Below, one piece after another: positions 15,997-19,328 of a DNA stretch of 19,328 nt (its first letter is position 1; each line of letters starts with the position of its first letter). This stretch comes from Candidatus Krumholzibacteriota bacterium (GTDB lineage: Bacteria > Krumholzibacteriota > Krumholzibacteriia > LZORAL124-64-63). The stretch is from positions 1 through 19,328 of the forward strand of contig JBDLKA010000067.1 in NCBI GenBank assembly GCA_039714075.1, written 5' to 3'. The notes under the pieces were generated by a model. It saw only the letters and a list, made by a program, of their open reading frames with translations. It was not told the origin of the DNA and ran no database searches. The position numbers were made by a program, and so were the translations under genes.

Positions 15997-17511
15997 TTGA
16001 CCGACAAGAACGAGAAACCCCGCCGCAGGAAACGTCTACCCGCATCCTACTACAACGCAATTTCACTGGTCGGTGCCGCGATCGCCGCCATCAGTCTGAG
16101 TCTGATCTTCTTCATGATGGCGCTGGAGTACTTCGGGGACGGCCATAATCCCTACGTGGGCGTCATCGCGTTTCTGATCCTGCCCGCTTTCCTGGTCCTG
16201 GGTCTGGCCATCGCTGCGGTCGGTGTGATTCGCCAGCAACGCCGGCGCCGGTTGGGACTGCCCAGCACCGAACAGCTGCCCCAGATAGACTTCAACAACC
16301 CGACCCACTTCCGGGCCACCGTCCTGGTGGGTGGGGGCTTTCTCATCTTTCTGGCCCTGACGGGATTCGGCAGCTACCAGGCCTTCGAGTACACCGAGAG
16401 CGATGCTTTCTGCGGCACAGTCTGCCATGTGGAGATGAAGCCGGAATACACCGCCTATTCGGTGTCGCCCCACGCGCGGGTAGGTTGCGTGAAATGTCAT
16501 ATCGGCTCGGGAGCCGAGTGGTTCGTGAAGGCCAAGATCTCGGGACTGTACCAGGTCTACGCCGTGTTGTTCGACAAGGTGCCGCGTCCTATCGAGACGC
16601 CCATCAAGAACCTGCGTCCCTCGCGCGACACCTGCGAGCAGTGCCACTGGCCGGCCCACTTCTACAACGAGAAGCTGGTGGTGCACGACTACTTCGGCTA
16701 CGAAGAGGACAACACCCACTGGAAGCTGCACCTGCTGATGAAAATCGGCGGCGGCGGCGAGGACGGTCCGGCCAAGGGCATCCACTGGCACATGAACATC
16801 AACAACACGATCGAATACGTGGCCACGGACGAAAAGCGGCTGGACATTCCCTGGGTCAGATCCATCGCACCGGACGGCACCGAGAAGATCTTCCGCAACG
16901 TCGATTCCGATTTCTCGGACGAGGACGTCGCCGGACACGAAACGCGCAAGATGGACTGTATCGATTGCCATAACCGTCCGACCCACCATTACAATCCGCC
17001 GGCCAGGCTGGTCAACCGGGCCATGTCGCTGGAGCAGGTCAGCCAGGACCTACCGGAAATCAAAATGCTGCTGGTCGAGTTGATGAGCGAGGAATACGAA
17101 TCCAACGAGGAGGCTCTGGCGGCCATCGAAGAGGGCGTGAACCAGCACTACGCGGAGGACTACCCGGAACTGGTGGAGAGCCGCGCGGACGACATCGCCA
17201 AGGCCATCACGGTGGCCCAGCGCCTGTTCTCGACCAACATCTTCCCGGAGATGAAGGTCAACTGGCGCGAATTTCCCGACCACATCGGGCACCTGACCAC
17301 GCCGGGATGTTTCCGCTGCCACGACGGGCTGCACCAGACCGATGACGGCGAGGTGCTGTCGCGGGATTGCAACATTTGCCACACCATCGTGGCGCAGGAA
17401 AGAAAATCCGGGGAAACACTCGTATCTTTGGACAGTGTGGAGTATGTGCATCCCGAGGATATCGACGGGGAGTGGAAAGAAACCAACTGCTCCGAATGCC
17501 ATGGGGAGTAG
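15997..17511 (+). CDS. imcH: Inner-membrane heptaheme NapC/NirT-domain cytochrome c (ImcH-like quinol oxidase)
   Basis: Likely start TTG 15997 (AGGAGG at 15985-15990; 504 aa). Three N-terminal TM helices. NapC/NirT-like FCGTVCHVEM..SPHARVGCVKCHIG..KAKISG..QV segment. Seven heme sites: CGTVCH (CX3CH), CVKCH, CEQCH, CIDCH, CFRCH, CNICH, CSECH. The gene symbol rests on architecture, not on an alignment. Confidence 0.75.
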   Translation: MTDKNEKPRRRKRLPASYYNAISLVGAAIAAISLSLIFFMMALEYFGDGHNPYVGVIAFLILPAFLVLGLAIAAVGVIRQQRRRRLGLPSTEQLPQIDFNNPTHFRATVLVGGGFLIFLALTGFGSYQAFEYTESDAFCGTVCHVEMKPEYTAYSVSPHARVGCVKCHIGSGAEWFVKAKISGLYQVYAVLFDKVPRPIETPIKNLRPSRDTCEQCHWPAHFYNEKLVVHDYFGYEEDNTHWKLHLLMKIGGGGEDGPAKGIHWHMNINNTIEYVATDEKRLDIPWVRSIAPDGTEKIFRNVDSDFSDEDVAGHETRKMDCIDCHNRPTHHYNPPARLVNRAMSLEQVSQDLPEIKMLLVELMSEEYESNEEALAAIEEGVNQHYAEDYPELVESRADDIAKAITVAQRLFSTNIFPEMKVNWREFPDHIGHLTTPGCFRCHDGLHQTDDGEVLSRDCNICHTIVAQERKSGETLVSLDSVEYVHPEDIDGEWKETNCSECHGE

Positions 17512-17684
17512 GGCGTGGTTTTTCTGATCTGACCTGATACGCCCCGGATACAGGAACGGCGGGCAGCGACATCGTGTCGCTGCCCGCCTTGGCATTCCGG
17601 CCCCTCCCGCCGTCCGTGGCTCCGGAGCCTCCATGACATCCTGTATCCGGGGCGTATCAGGTCAGACCAGAAAAATCACGCCCT
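17510..17684. mobile_element. 175-bp MITE-like / long inverted-repeat element
   Basis: Arms 17510-17555 and 17639-17684 are 46-bp inverted repeats with 44/46 identity. Inside are a perfect 14-bp hairpin (17558-17588) and a 12-bp palindrome GGCTCCGGAGCC (17618-17629). No plausible coding capacity. The repeat structure is certain, but mobility is inferred. Confidence 0.6.
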
Positions 17685-17702
17685 GCACCTGATGGTGCGG
17701 AA

Positions 17703-19328
17703 TCAGTCGGAGTCCTTAGCCTCCTCGTCGTCATTCTCGTCACCATCATCTTCATCATCGCCAGCGTCATCGTGGCGGTTCTCCATGGCTTCCAGTTCCT
17801 GAACAGCCTTGACGAAACGCTTCACGGCGGGCATGTCCATGGTCCAGTCCAGGCCGTAGGCGGCGCCCTCGATGGTTGAAGTTGCGGTGAAGGGGATGGG
17901 ATTGCCCTCGATGGTGGCGTATTCCTCGTCCTCGAGTTCCTCCATCCATTCGGTGATCCAGGACAGGATGGCCATCAGGTCGCCGGTGACCACCTGTTGG
18001 CAGGCGGGGCCCGCCTTGGTCGCCGCGGCGGCCGTCGGGGGATGGGCCGCGCCGCGCCGCTGGCCGGCCAGCTGGATCATGTGGGCCAGGTTGGAGGGGT
18101 CCTTGTCGGCGCTGAGGATCAGGTAGTCGCCCCTGACGGCCAGGTTGAGGTTGGGCGTGACCTTGCGCAAAAAGGCGATCATCTGATCGGCCTGCAGGCG
18201 GCCCGTGCCGCCCGGTTTGGGGTTCGCCGGTTGGGGCGATAGCCCGGCCATTTTTTCGAGGTCGTAGTCGATGGTCCAGCTGCGGACCTCGGTACCCGCC
18301 ACCTTGCCGGTCGGCATTTTCTTCATCTTGACGCCGATGTCGAGGGCGGACAGTCCCTCGAACAGGGCGGCGAAACGTTCGAGACTCACGGCGGCGTCCG
18401 CGCATTCCATGACAATGTTGGCGGACATGCTGGCGGCGGACATCCTGATGGAAGCGGCCAGCGGGTTGGCGAACAGATCGACGGAGTCCAGGTAGGACTC
18501 GACCCAGGTGCGGTAGGCGGCGGCCTGCTCCGGCGGCAGATCCGCGATCTGCTTTTCGGCGCTCACGAGGTAGAAATCCCGGAACACCTCGAACTGGCGT
18601 GTCTGGTCCAGGGCCATGGTCTGGATGATGTTGCCGCCCGGGGGCAACAGCCGCGTCAACTGGAGCGCGTGTTCGAATTCCGGTTGGGGTCCGGGGTCCA
18701 GGGGGCTGCCCGGCTGGACCGAGAACCCGGAATGCAGGGTCAGTTCCTCGCCGTCGCTGGCAAAGGCCAGATCGAAGCGGCGGGCTGACGCCATGACCAA
18801 GTGGGCCAGGTCCTGCATGGCGGCCACTTCCTCGGGGCTCATCTGCTGAGGGTGGGGCCCCGCTTCGATCGCCTGGGAATCGGGCAGCGCCGGAGCATTG
18901 GCCATGGCTCCCAGTCCCATTTCAACCAGGGGACGGTAGGCCTCGAGGACAGTCCCCAGGTTGAGACTGGCCGAAATAAAACCCGGGCTCAGCCCGAGGG
19001 CGAGATCCGGTATCTCAACCGCCGGGACGATAAGGGAACCGGTGGAAAAAGCCAGGTATTCGCCTTCAATGAGATAGGTGACTTCCTCCTCTTCCATGAC
19101 CGTTTCAATGGATGTCCCGGGACGCTCGATGATCGGCACGATGAAAAGGAAGTCCGGGTCCTGTCCACCCATCAGGTCGGGCACCCCCACCACCATGGCC
19201 AAAGGCCGGTCCAGGTCGGCGAATTCCGCCAGATGGGGCATTTCCCTGCTCAGTTCCCCGACCAGGTCGATCCGTTCGCCGGGTTCGTCACGGAACATCT
19301 CCTCGATGGCCTGCCACTGGCGGTCCAG
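17703..19328 (-). CDS. Hypothetical protein (5'-partial) with a very acidic C-terminal tail
   Basis: The frame stays open from the window edge (LDRQWQAIEEMFRD...) to TGA at 17703-17705, giving more than 540 aa. High-GC codon usage like the neighbouring genes. Ends HDDAGDDEDDGDENDDEEAKDSD. No recognisable catalytic motif. Confidence 0.8.
   Translation of the reverse strand: MDRQWQAIEEMFRDEPGERIDLVGELSREMPHLAEFADLDRPLAMVVGVPDLMGGQDPDFLFIVPIIERPGTSIETVMEEEEVTYLIEGEYLAFSTGSLIVPAVEIPDLALGLSPGFISASLNLGTVLEAYRPLVEMGLGAMANAPALPDSQAIEAGPHPQQMSPEEVAAMQDLAHLVMASARRFDLAFASDGEELTLHSGFSVQPGSPLDPGPQPEFEHALQLTRLLPPGGNIIQTMALDQTRQFEVFRDFYLVSAEKQIADLPPEQAAAYRTWVESYLDSVDLFANPLAASIRMSAASMSANIVMECADAAVSLERFAALFEGLSALDIGVKMKKMPTGKVAGTEVRSWTIDYDLEKMAGLSPQPANPKPGGTGRLQADQMIAFLRKVTPNLNLAVRGDYLILSADKDPSNLAHMIQLAGQRRGAAHPPTAAAATKAGPACQQVVTGDLMAILSWITEWMEELEDEEYATIEGNPIPFTATSTIEGAAYGLDWTMDMPAVKRFVKAVQELEAMENRHDDAGDDEDDGDENDDEEAKDSD

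Noticed and set aside
17510..17684. CRISPR array, tRNA or integron attC site
   Set aside because: There are no direct repeat-spacer units, cloverleaf or RYYYAAC...GTTRRRY ends. The structure is a single nested inverted repeat.

Overview
High-GC bacterial window that forms a respiratory gene neighbourhood. It opens with the 3' end of a probable heme-copper oxidase subunit I, which the ORF track missed. Next come a secreted beta-sandwich protein with a conserved-looking C-terminal SWGxVKxxYR tail and a pentaheme cytochrome c. The pentaheme gene is transcribed divergently from a complete narC-narG-narH-narJ-narI-narK1-narK2 nitrate reductase operon, in which NarK1 carries an in-frame C-terminal DoxX-like domain. 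After a terminator lie an AT-richer Ig-domain lipoprotein and a divergent cytochrome pair. One is a secreted 10-heme cytochrome whose ends resemble Geobacter OmcE, with one CX5CH site. The other is a 7-heme, 3-TM NapC/NirT-type cytochrome matching the ImcH architecture. The window ends with a 175-bp MITE-like element with 46-bp terminal inverted repeats and a partial hypothetical gene. The most interesting candidate system is the ImcH-like plus OmcE-like pair, a possible extracellular electron transfer or cytochrome-filament module beside a NarC-type nitrate reductase. All family assignments come from motif recognition by eye, not database searches.
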